Made by a program: the position numbers and the translations under genes. Below the pieces are notes generated by a model. The model was not told where the DNA came from, did no database searches, and worked only from the letters and a program-made list of their open reading frames with translations. This document shows positions 13,087-25,741 of a DNA stretch of 64,000 nucleotides, piece after piece (the stretch's first letter is position 1; each line of letters starts with the position of its first letter). The stretch lies in assembly GCA_028534125.1 (NCBI GenBank), contig CM052816.1:68698001-68762000 (forward strand), given 5' to 3'. This stretch comes from Lama glama (taxonomy: Eukaryota).

Positions 13087-16000
13087 GTAAGTAAATTAAT
13101 AAGTAGGTAGTGATGGGTTTATTGTGCTGGAGGTTGTATGAAGTGATCGAATTGGGGTGGGGGTAGTTCCATAGTACTATCTTCACCAGTGTTGATGTGG
13201 TGAATAACTGCTTGAAGAATATACCCACTATTTCAATCCAGGGCAGTGTTTCTCCAATTAAAAGGAGATATTACCTAAAACAACTTGATGACATCATAAA
13301 GAATTATAGAATGATTATTTTAGAATGAAGAGTTCATTTGAGTCATTTGGATCAACACTTTTTGGTATAGAAGTGAAGAAATGTAGGCTCAGATACTTGC
13401 TCAAGCCTTGTGAGCCATTTTATGGCAGAGCTGAAACTAAGATTATGCCTGTTTTATACCAATTTAAGGGGAAACTGAGGTCATGAAAAAGGAGATAGAT
13501 TTATTTATTAAATTTGAGATAAGAGCTCATCAGAAAGAATATAAATACATATGCAAAAGAAAATCCTCAGAATACATCAAAAATATATCACTGTTTTTTT
13601 TAAGTTTTACTGTCCTTTAGAAAGTTCATCAGTTTATAGGTTAATATTAGGTTTCATTACTTTAGATAACTGGAAACTTTCCTTCTAAGGTTAAGTTTCA
13701 CAAACTAGCTTAAGATTGGCACTTCAGATTTGTTCTTACTTTCTTTATCCTTGGCTGTGACTCCTGCACCTTGGCCTGTATCTCTTTATGTGAGATGAAA
13801 ATAAATGAGAAGGAAAAAGTAAAGATTTATCTCCTTGAGTGTTTTGGGAGTCCAGCAGGTCATGCCATATTTCTCTTTTGACCACCTATCTCTTGTCAGT
13901 TGCCTTCCTCAGATAGTTGACTTAAAAATGTTATTGCTTTAGCAAACTCTACAGCCTTATTTCTGCAATAAGATGATGGGCTGGCTTTTCTTTCCCTCTG
14001 TTGCCCCCAAATTTTCTAATAATAATAACCTAATTCTTTGGTTTTTCAGTTCATCTCTGAGTCCATTCTGCCCTTTTGGCTAGCAGATTTTTTGTTGTTG
14101 TTGATGGTCTTTAGCACAGTATTCTAAAGGTGCAGAGAACTTGGATTTTGTTATATTCCAGAATATATTAAATACTTCCACTTATAGTCTATACATCCTA
14201 ATTTGATTATAACCACCTTTATAGGAGTAAAAAAGGGAGAAAATTGGAGATTTAGTTTATGGAAATATTTACTCCTTTCCTAAGTAAATTCCACCATAAT
14301 TGGCAACCTTAATGTTAACCACCAGGCTTATGAAACATTGTGCAGGAAAGCATATAGTACTGTTACTTAGATGATAATAGACAATGGTCCTGTACTTATA
14401 TGAAGTACAAGGTATCTGTTGTAGCCATTATTTGAGTAGCAGTTGCTCAAATCGAGAAGAGGGCTCAGTGAAGCCTAAGTTTGGTCAAGGAGAGTTTTTG
14501 TCCCTTTGTACTATCATTTATGATAAACTTCATCCTAAATGTGTATTATATATTAAGTTATTAGCTCCTAATAGAAGAACATTTATGTAAACATATCTTA
14601 ATGTGCAAAAGTCTTTAAGTATGCTAAAGATAAGTTACTTGAAATCCTAGTATGTCTCTATTTGAAGTGTTCGTCTATTAAAATTCTCTTTCTCTAGGAT
14701 GTTGATTATTCCCATTTTTGATGGGGGAATTTTAGTGAAGTCATTCTTGGTGATTATTGTTTAAAAATACAGAAATGTCAATAGCCTTTTAAACCAAAAT
14801 TTAGAATAATGTACTTTGGATTATTCTTTTCGGCTGTTGTGGTGTGTGAATGTAAGAGGAAGAATGCCTGGCTTTTGTATAGCATTCAGCACAAGTTTTT
14901 TTCTAGCATTGGTTATTCCTCAGATTTTTGCTACAAGTATTACCAGTGTGCTGTATGAAGTAGATAATATTCACAGTTTTAAAGGATAAAGTTCAACTTG
15001 GAAGAGATATTTTCCTCTATTTTTGGTACTCTAATTGCTTTCAAATTAACTTTTTAAAAATCACTTTTACTCCCTTTATTAATGCCTGAGGAAAAAGACA
15101 GTACAGGATAATTTGGGGCATTGGTGGTGGGGAGTAATTGGATTGTTATATAATACTATATCTGTAAAGTTTGAGATTTACTAATGTTTAGAAAGACTAG
15201 GGAGATCACTTACTATGGATATGTGGATTTTCCCAAGTTCTTTGTTTTGGCATATAGTTTGAAAAATCGTATTTCTTTAGGTGACTATCCCAAAGGACGT
15301 AACTGAGGCCCAGTTTTTATTATTTTTGAGTAGCTACTTAGATGGTAATAAGAAATTGCTATGACGAAGGAAGGGTTAGTAATATGTTTATATTTATAAG
15401 CTGTAGGGTAGTATATAAGTAAAATGTTACATATAGCAAAAGTGGCTATAAATGCCCTGCATTATTGGAGGACATTGGTGTTTGTTGGGTTTTATGGCAT
15501 GGGAAGTCTCTCTTGCCACTCTTTCCTATACCAGCCCAGAAAGCTGGTATCAAAATGACCCATTGCCCACATTTGAATGTTTTAACTCCTTTGTTTTCAT
15601 GTTGACATAAGTGCTGTACTGCCTTTTTCCACCCCCCACCTCCAATAGACACAAAGCAATAAGCTTTACTAGGGTAGGGATGGTCTGTTTTGCTCCTTGT
15701 ATCCTTAGTGCAAAGCATATCACTTAATATGTAATAAGTGTTTAATAAATATAGATAGCAAAATTTAATGAAAAAATACTAAATGTGAAATGGAATAAGA
15801 TTATTACTTATGTTTAATAATAATTACTACCATAACTCTTTGGAAATAATACTGTATTTCCAAGTCATCTCTTAATGTCAGGTACCTCATTAAAATAGCT
15901 TTTTAGGAAAAGGGACATTGTTAGACTAAATATATAACCTGTTTAGAGATATGTTAAAATATGGGGGAATATGTATCAGAATGAAAGACATACGGTATTA

Positions 16001-17361
16001 TGGAGCTTAGTTTCTTAGATTGGAAATAAATTTTATTTCCTTGTTTACTTATTCCAGCATAGAGCTGCATTTTTTGTCTACATTATTATGAGAAGTACTG
16101 GTTTAATCAGTTCTTATGAGCATTTATTCCAGCACCATTTCTTTATATAATTGCCACAAATTAAGTAATACCAGATGCATCCTTAAGTAATTTGCTATAA
16201 TCACAGACATTTTCTTTGTTTAAGTCTGCTTTTTATACTACCTTTGGAAGAGGTAATGTATAGATTTGGTATATTAAGTGTTTGTTATATATCCATTTTA
16301 CAGAACACTTGAAAATATTTTAATAAATTTTAACATATTGGATGAACTTAAAGGAAAGAAAACTTATATAAATATTGAGTATATACTGCCAGTAATGAAA
16401 ACAGAAGCTCTATTAGCTACACATTAATCGAGGTTATGAAATTACACTGCTGGTTTCCATAATGCTATGGCTTTTTAAGGTATTAATTGGGAAAAATAGC
16501 TGCTCATAAAATCTTTTTAAAAATAGTTTCTGTGTATGTTATGGAATGCCTCTGCTAAGGTTAAGTGATCAAGAGCTATTGCTTCACATGCTGAGTATAG
16601 CTCTATTAAATTAGTAGACATTATTTTCTAACTTTTCTAATGCATGCATCTTGACAAATCTGCAGCATTTGAAGGGGTTAAATATGATTCCTAGATGGGA
16701 ATTCTGATTTTTAAGAAGCACTAAAATCTCCTTCTACTAAATGACCTTCATCAGTGAATTGTATGTGATAAAAAGATAATTGAAATTAAAATGTTCATTT
16801 TGCCTACACCAGGAATTAAGTCCTCTTGCCATCTAAACTTGCAATCAATTACACCCTCACCCCTGCCATTGTTTCAAGCAGAAATGACATAACTTTTTAG
16901 TTTGTTAAATATTGAATTGGCAAAATGACCAAGCAAAAATATTTTTGGTGGTTGTATTGAAATTAACATACAGTTATGTTAAAATATATGGAAAAGCTCA
17001 GATTTGTCTCTTTTTTGTTAACTCCTTTTGGTAAAATAGACCAAAATTAAAAAAAAAATAAGGTTTTTGTCTCTGAATACATGAAAATAACATGGTAATG
17101 TCTTGTGTTTTTCTGTTGCGGACCAAAGAGTTTGAAGGTGAAGTATCTCAGTATGACTTACTTTGGGAATGTCATCTGTCATAATTTAGGTAAAATTGAA
17201 GTGAAGGCATTTGTGTTAATATTTCATAAACTTATTTCCTTCTTTCATAAATACTATTTTGAAAACTCTAGCCGATGATGTTATATACTTTCTTAGGTCC
17301 TAAGAAATTGGTTGAAATGGTGATGTTGTTTCTTTGAAAACTTTTTGTAATTAAAAATAAA

Positions 17362-18854
17362 TTTGTACCTTGGATTTGGCAATGAGGTTTTAGATATCAA
17401 CACCAAAATCATGATCCATGAAAGAAGTAATAAGTTTTGCCTTATTAAAAATAATGTCTGCTCTGTCTAAAGCCATACACTAGGGAAAAATATTTATAAA
17501 ACACATATCTGATAGAGGATTTGTGTCCAAAATATACAAATAACTCTTAAAACTCAACAGTAAGAAAACAAACAACCTAATCAAAAAGTGGGGAAAAGAT
17601 CGAAATAGATAGACACCTCACTGAAGAAGACATACAGATGGCAAATAAGCATATGAAAAGATACACCATATCATATTTTATCAGGGAATTGTAGATTAAA
17701 ACAACAGTGAGATACTACTTCGCATCTATTAGAATGGCTAACGGTCAAAACACTGACATTACCAAATGCTGTGAGCATGTGGAACAACAGAAGTTCTCAG
17801 TCATTGCTGATAGGAATGCAAAATGGTAAAGCCACTTTGGAAGAGAGTGGGCAGATTTTTACAAAATTAAACATAGTCTTACCATAGTCTAGATCAAGCT
17901 CCTAGATATTTATCCAAATGAATCGAAAACTTATGGCCACATAAAAGCAAGCACATGATATTTATAGCAGCTTTATTTTATTTTTTAACTGAAGTATTAC
18001 TGATTTACAGTGTTGTGTTAGTGAAGTAAGTCAGAAAGAGAAAAACACCATATGATATCACTCATATGGGGAGTCTTAACATGACACAGATGAACTTATT
18101 TACAAAACAGAAACAGACTCACAGATATAGAAAATAAACTTACGGTTACCAAAGGGAAATTAGGGGGAGGAATAAACTAAAAGTTTGGAATTTACAGATA
18201 TAATATAGATATATCAGCTTTATTCGTAACTGCTAAGACCTGGAAGCAACTGAGATGTCCTTCAGTAGGTGAATGGATAAACCATGGTACATCGATACAA
18301 TGGAATATTATTCAGTGATAAAAAGAAATAGCTATCCAGCCTTAAAAAGACATGGAAAAACCTTAAATACATATTGCTGAATGAAAGAAACCAATCTGAA
18401 AAGGCTACATTGTGTATAATTCCAACTATATGACATTCTGGAAAAGGCAAAACTATGGAGACAATAAAAAGATCAGTGGTTGCTAAGGGTTGGCAGGAGG
18501 ACAGAGAAGGAATGGATAGTTGGAGTACAGAGGACTTTTAGGGCAGTGAAACTGTTACGTATGATATTATAATGGATGCATGATGTTACATATTTGTCAA
18601 AACCTCTAGAACTGTACAACACAAAGAATGAACCCTAATATAAACTATGAAGTTTACTTAATAATAATGTATCAATATTGGTTCATCAGTTGTAACAAAT
18701 ATACCACATCTGTGGAAGATGTTTATAACAGAGGAAATTAAGGGTGGTGGTTGTGGAAAAAGAGTGTATCTTTTACTTTCTGCTCGGTTTTTTATTAACC
18801 TAAAATTATTTTAAGAAAGTGTATTAATCTTAAAAATTTTGAAAATAAAAAAAA
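17362..18854 (+). mobile_element. Old 5'-truncated L1 (L1MC/MB-like; ORF2 3' end, 3'UTR, A tail)
   Basis: Degenerate ORF2 C-terminal sequence (cactgaagaagacatacagatggcaaataagcatatgaaaaga) and 3'UTR (ccaactatatgacattctggaaaaggcaaaactatggagac). Confidence 0.85.
17978..18214 (-). mobile_element. Short 5'-inverted L1 insertion nested in the older L1
   Basis: Poly-T and antisense L1 terminus joined to a sense-oriented 3'UTR segment; direct repeat cagctttatt at 17968-17977 and 18215-18224. Confidence 0.75.
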
Positions 18855-19077
18855 TTTGCTCACAAAGTCTGGTGAAATGTCAATGCTCTTTCTAAATAGT
18901 ATTAGTAATAATTGCTACAAATGGTTATCTTTATAGTGAATAATTTATACATTCATTGCTAGGAATAGTATTACTTGATAATATATAAAAAGTAAACTTT
19001 CAAGGCTGTTCTTTATATAATTTATTTGTTAACTCATTTTATAAGAGTGTTTTTTTAAATAATAAAAATTCTTTCAC

Positions 19078-20979
19078 TGTTTTTTCTTGTTTTTTTTTTA
19101 CATTTTATTTTTTATTGAAGTGTAGTTGATTTACATTGTTAGTTTCAGATGTGTAGCAAAGCAATTTAGTTATACTTACATATGTATATTTTCAGATTCT
19201 TTTCCATTATAGCTTATTATAAGAAATTGAATATAGTTCCCTGTGCTATACAGTAGGTCCTTGTTGTTTATCTGTTTTATATATAGTAATGTGTGTGTGT
19301 TAATTCCAAACTCTTAATTTATGCCCCATCCCCATTTTGTAACCATAGTTTGTTTTTTATGTCCATTAGTTTACTTCTTGTTTATAAATAAAGTTTGTAT
19401 CATTTTTTTAGATTCCACAAGTAAGTAATATCATATGATATTTGTCTTTCTCTGTCTGACTTACTACACTTAATATGATAATCTCTAGGTCCATCCATGT
19501 TGCTGCAAGTGACATTACTTCATTTCTTTTATGGCTGATTAATATTCCATTGTATATATATACCATGGTTTTTTTTATTTGGTATAGTCAGTTTACAGTG
19601 TTGTGTCAATTTCTGGTGTACAGCACAATGCTTCAGTCATACATGAATATACATATATTCATTTTCATACTCCTTTTCACTGTAAGCTACTACAAGATAT
19701 TGAATATATTTCCCTGTGGTATGCAACCACATTTTCTTTATCCATTCATGTGTTGATGGACATTTAAGATTGTTTCCATGTCTTGGCCATTGTAGATAGT
19801 GCTGCCAGGAACATTGGGGGTGCATGTGTCTTTTTGAATTTCAGTTTTCCCTGGATATATGCCCAGTATAATTGCTGGATTATATGGTAAGTCTACTTTT
19901 AGTTTTATAAGGAACCCCCATGCTGTTGTCCATAGTGGCTGCACCAATTTTCATTCCCACCAACAGTGTATGTGGGTTTCTTTTTCTCCATACCCTCTCC
20001 AGCGTTTATTATTTGTAGACTTTTTAAATCATGGCCATTCTGACTGGTGTGAGGTGATATCTCATTATAGTTTTGATTTGTATATTCTTGCCTCCTTTGT
20101 TGTGGATTAATTGACCATAAGCGTGTGAATTTACTTCTAGACTTTCAGTCCTGTTCCATTGGTCTGTGTGTCCGGTTTTGTGCCAGTACCATGCTGTTTT
20201 GATTACTGTAGCTTTGTAGCATAATCTGAAGTCAGGGAGTGTGGTTCCTCCAGCTCTGTTCTTCATTCTCAGGATTGTTTTTGTTATTTGGGGTCTTTTG
20301 TATTTTCATACAAATTAAAAAGTTATTTGTTCCAGTTCTGTGGAAAATGTCATTGGTAATTAGATAGGGGTTGCATTGAATGTGTATATTGCCTTGAGTA
20401 GTATGGCCATTTTAACAATATTGGGTCTTCCAATCCAAGAACATGATGTTTCTTTCCATCTGTTTGTGTCATCTTTAGTGTCTTTCATCAGTGTCTTCCA
20501 GTTTTCAGAGTATAGGTCCTTGGCCTCCTTAGGTAGGTTTATTCCTAGGCATTTTATTCTTTTTGGTGTGATGGTAAATGGGATTGTTTCCTTAATTTCT
20601 TTTTCTGATATTTGGTTGTTAGTGTATAGAAATGCAGCTGATTTCTCTATATTAATTTTGTATCCTGGAACTTTAGTGAATTCACTGAATGAGATCTAGT
20701 AGTTTTCTGGTAGTGTCTTTAGGATTTTCTGTGTATAGTATCATGTCATCTGCAAACATTGACAGTTTTACTTTTTTTTCCAGTTTGGATTTCTTTTCTT
20801 TCTTTTTTTCTTTGCTCTGACTGGGACTTCCAAAACTAGTTGAGTAAATGTGGCGAGAGTGGGCAATCCTTGACTTGTTCCTGATCTTAGAGGAAATATT
20901 TTCAGCTTTTCACCATTGAGTATGATGTTAGCTATGGGTTTGTCATATGTGGCCTTTATTATGTTGAGGTATATTCCCT
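19078..20979 (-). mobile_element. 5'-truncated L1 with internal deletion and a nested L1 3' fragment (~19568-19725)
   Basis: Poly-T tail; minus-strand ORF2 peptides [37 protein letters not shown] and LPYNPAI. Confidence 0.9.
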
Positions 20980-21365
20980 GAGAGTATTTGTTTTGACTTT
21001 AGATCACTGGTTCTTGCCAAAGGAAAGGAGTGCAAAATTGGTTGACAGTTTAATAAATAAAATACTTTTAATTTATTAAACTTAATAATGTAGTGAAGAC
21101 CTAAATTTAGAAAATATATAAGTTTAGTGCAAGTTTTCAGTTTTTATAATAAAAAACAAAAGAGGAACTGAAATCTTGGCACTTATAGTCCTATAATTAA
21201 GAAGATATATGTATGGGCTATATTTAGTTCATTTTATGTAAGGACCATTTCAAGTTTTATTATGCAGTAGACCTGTAATACACTAAAATTTTTTTGGTTC
21301 TCTCTGAAAAATTATTGAATGTAGAGTCATCTTTGAATATTGAAGATTTTATCTAAATATAGGTT

Positions 21366-21672
21366 CACAGTCCATTATCCAGAACTCTTGGAGCCAGAAC
21401 TTTCTGAATATTTGGAGGGTTATATGATTCATACACCTTGTGTAATGCCCTCAGCAGGGTCTAGGGCAGTACCTTGTAATCAAATACATCAATATTTATA
21501 TAGTGAAATATGACTAGTCAAAGTAAGTGGGGTAAATAAAGGCCAGGATCATTCCTTCATTTGTTGAGGTTAAGTTTTGCCATTAGATAAGTTCAGGTTA
21601 GATTTTGGTGCCAAATATGAAAGAACTAGGATTTTGAGGACTTTGGGCCTTAGAATAAGGGATTACAGGCCT
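21366..21672. mobile_element. MER46C-like Tigger MITE
   Basis: cagtccattatccagaactcttggagccaga...cagcagggtctagggcag...gaataagggattacaggcct. Confidence 0.6.
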
Positions 21673-23469
21673 TTTAATGAAAGCCGATTTAAACTTAATT
21701 TTTTATGTTATATGGTTACTTTAAACAAATATTTGAAAATCCTTAATTTAGTTTTTGTTGAGAAGCAGGACCTATGGTTGAAAGTTAAGCTTAGAACTGT
21801 TTATGTGAAACCAACTTATTTGTGATTGGAATGCAGGGTTGGTGAAGTAAGCCATAAAAAATAAACATGTCCAATGCAGCACATTGATTTTGAATACTGC
21901 CTTACTAAGTAATTGTGAAATATGAGCAAAAATAGTGTCCTGTAAAGAACATTTTGGTGTTTCCCTGTAGCTACAAATTGCTAGCTTTCTGGAAAATTAC
22001 TTAATATTCTATTGTAGCTAAATTGCTGTGGGCTTCACAAATTAATTTCTCTATAACTTGGGGAAGAATGCCCTTGTGTAATTTTAGGAGCAAATTTGCT
22101 GTTTCTAATGTGAAGAGTCACTGTTTTGTGGGACCCAGTGAGAAAATCATTGGAAAGGAAGATGGAAAGAGCAACTGTGAAGGCACCCATTTTGTTTACT
22201 GTAAAATGTTGCTTATTCTCTTAGAAAAGATTATAATTTGGGTGCTCATTGGTTTAGAAGTTTTGCATATATGGCAAATGGAAGGCTGTGTTTGTTCTGT
22301 CATTTATTGTGTCTTTTGTGTATGAAATACTACTGTGTTATAGATTCTTTTCTTGTAACAACTCTCTGAGGTTGGTAGGTATTTCTCTTTTATAGCTACC
22401 AAGAGGCTAAATTGGGATTTTTAACCTCATCGAGTCTGAAGTACTCTGTTGTTCATGTTCTTTTGGACAGTCCCTCATTTTCTTCTATGTGGAGTGGGTC
22501 TATTTTGACAGAAGTAGGTAAGTCCTGTAAACTCTTTTGTTCTGGTTTTCTTTTATCAGTTGAAAGTTTTGAATGTAAGTCTAGGTGGTGAAGATTAGAT
22601 TAGAGAAGAGTAGTAGGAAACTTGGGTTAGTGTGGTAGCAGCCACCAAAGCATACAGTGCGCTTATCTGTCTAGGTTGACTTTATCTCCTAGAAGAATTT
22701 CTGAATCATGATCTAGATTCTTCAAAAGTGAAAATTTGAATTTGGATCTATCTCTTAGCTCCACTCCTGAAATTCAGTGTGACCTTATAGAAATCACTTA
22801 ATCTGTTCATATATATTTCTTTAACTAAAAGGATGATTTTTGGCTTATCAGAAAGCCATGAGAAGAGGGTTTGTTTTATGGAAGCAGACATCTAACCTAT
22901 CTCTAAGTCTGTCTTTGTTCTTAAGAACAGAGTTCACTGATTTAGCTCTCAGTATAGTAAACCTCTTTGGTATTGTACTTTGGAGAAAGGAACTGTCAGT
23001 TCACATTTATGTGGGAGTGAAATGCTTTGCCTATGTTTCCCTGCTCTTTTCTCATTGTCTATCTTTACTACTTATTTAGGCTTTTAATATGCTTTTCTCT
23101 GGACCTTAAAGCAACTCTAGAAGAATGCATGGTTGCTTATTGTACTCAATATAGTTCAGTTGCCCCCTTGGGAATTTTTCAAGAATAAGCTGATCTTCCC
23201 CCTCCAATTTAATAAGGAATTTTCGGTTCCCTAAACTTTTCAACCTCAGAGATCCTGTACTTTGTCTGCCTTAGCCATTTACCTCCCATGTCATACCCTA
23301 GATGATGCCATTTCTAATAACTTAAACCCTTCCATAATCTGAATTTTAAGCATTCTACTGTCTAATCACCACCTTAATGCAAATAATTCCGATCAGTCAC
23401 CAGCAATTTCCAAGTTGTTAAATCCGGTGATCTTCATCTTACTTAATCTATCAGCACCATTTATAAAAA

Positions 23470-25741
23470 CATTTAGAAATGTTTTATTTTGACAAAATTG
23501 TAGACTCACATGGAAGTTACAAAAATAGTTCAGAGTTCTCATGTACCCTTCACCCAGTTTCCTCCAGTGATGACATCTTACACAACTATGGTTAAATTAC
23601 CAGTTCTGTTAACCAGAATATAGGCCTTATTCAGATTTCACCAGTTTTTGCATGCATTCTTTTTGTGTATGTATATAATTCTATGAAATTTATCACTTGT
23701 ATGGATTTGTGTAACCATTACCACAATCAGGGTTCAGAATTTTTCATCATCTCAGAGAAACTTTCTCATACTCTCTATAGTCATATCCTCCCCCAGTCCC
23801 TAACCCTTGGTAACCACTGATCCATCACCGTAATTTTATCAAGTATATTATATAAATGGATTCATACAGTATTTATCCTTTTAAAATTGGGTTCTTTCCA
23901 CTTGGAGTTATACCCTTGAGATGTATCCAAGTTGCTGAGTGTTTCAGTAGTGCATTTTTTTGTTTGTTTTTATTTTTAACTCTTGAATAGTATTCTGATA
24001 GATGGTTGTATCACAGTTTATCTGTTAAGGAACATCTTGGTTATTTCCAATTTTTGACAATTACAAAGAAAGTGCTATGAACATGTGTCTACAGGCTTTT
24101 GGGTGAACACAAGTTTTCATTTTTCTAAGGTAAATGCCCAGTAGTGAGATTTCTAGGTCTTTTGATAAATTTATACTTAAATTTATAAGAAACCGCCAAA
24201 CTGTTTTCAGAGTGGCTATACCATTTTGCAGTCTCACCAGCAGTGTGTAATGTTCTGCATCTTCACCAACAGTAGTAGCATCAGTATTTTTTATTTTTGC
24301 CATTCTTGTACGTGTGTATTGATACCTCATTAGGGCTTTTGTTTGCTTTTCTCTAATGGCTACTAATGTTGGACATCTTTTCATGTGCTTGCTTGCTATC
24401 CATGTATACTTCTTTAGTGAAGTGTATGTTCAAGTCTTTTGCTCATTTTCTGATTAGATTTTTTCAAACTATGGAGTTTAGAAAGAGATCTTCATATATT
24501 CTGGTACAGAAAATCTTCTTGAATATGTGATTTACAAGTATTTTCCCCCAGCCTGTAGCTTTTCATTTCATTTTCTTAAAAGTGTCTTTTGAGAACAAAA
24601 GTTTTTGTTTTTGATGAATCAAGTTTATGAATATATATATTTTTCTTTTATAGGCTCTTCTTTTGGTGTTATGTCTAAGAATTCTTCATCTAACCCTGTT
24701 ACAAAGACTTTTTTTTTCTGTTTTCTTCTAAAATTCTTATAGTTTTCTGTGTTTTACATATCTCAATGATCCATTTTTTGTTAAGTTTTATATAAAGTAT
24801 GGGGTGTTGTTGAGATTCATTTTGTGTGTGTGTATGGATTATCAATTTTTTCAACATCATTTGCTGAAGAGACCTTCCTTCTCCATGGAGTTGCTTTTGT
24901 ACCTTTGTAAAAAAAAAATAATTAGTTGGCTGTCCTTGTGTGGATCTGTTTCTGGACTCTGTTCTTGCTCCGCTAATATATTATGTGTCTTTCCTTCTTC
25001 TTATATTACACTGTCTTGATTACTGTAGTCGTTTGATGGTAGGAAAAATATATTGAGTAGCTTAAAATCAAATGGGGAAAAATATAATACATTTTTCTCA
25101 AAAAAATTCAGGGAGTATAACTCCTTTAAGTTTATTATTCTTTTTCAAAATTGTTTTAGCTGTATAGTTCCCTTGCTTTCCACATAAATTTTATAATCAA
25201 TGTATCTATGAAAAATCTGGCTGGAATTTTGATAAAAGTTTCATTAAAGTTGCAAATCAATTTGGGGAGATGACATATTTACCTTGTTAGATTTTTCAAT
25301 CCATGAAGTTGATGTCTTTCCATTTATTTAGGTCTTTGATTTTTTTCATCAATGTTTTGTAGTTTTCAGCATATAGATTCTATACATATTTTGTTAGGTT
25401 TATACCTAAGTATTTCAATTGTTTGACCTATTATAAATGGTGTTATGTTTTTAGCTTGTATTGTTTGTTTTATGAGTGGGAGATAATTAGGTTTCTTCAT
25501 TGATTTCCACTTGGAGGAGGTACTGGGGGTTGAACCCCTGACCTCTTGGGTGCGGAGCATGTGCTCTACCACTTGAGCTATACCCTTCCCCTTACTATGT
25601 TTTTAATTTTGGTTTCCAGTTTTTCATTGCTACTATATAGAAGTATGATTGACTTTTGTGTGTTGACCTTATATTCTGGGACTTTGCTATACACAGTTAT
25701 TTGTTCTAGGAATTTTGGAATAGATTCCTTGGGATTTTTCT
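23470..25741 (-). mobile_element. Old L1M element (3'UTR plus ORF2 C-terminal region)
   Basis: Minus ORF 24061-24384 MKRCPTLVAIREKQTKALMRYQYTRTRMAKIK...LLGIYLRKMKT is degenerate L1 ORF2. Confidence 0.85.
25454..25591 (-). mobile_element. Vic-1-like tRNA-derived SINE inserted in the L1
   Basis: Reverse complement gggaagggtatagctcaagtggtagagc...ggttcaacccccagtacctcc has pol III A and B boxes; TSD tatgttttta at 25444-25453 and 25596-25605. Confidence 0.85.
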
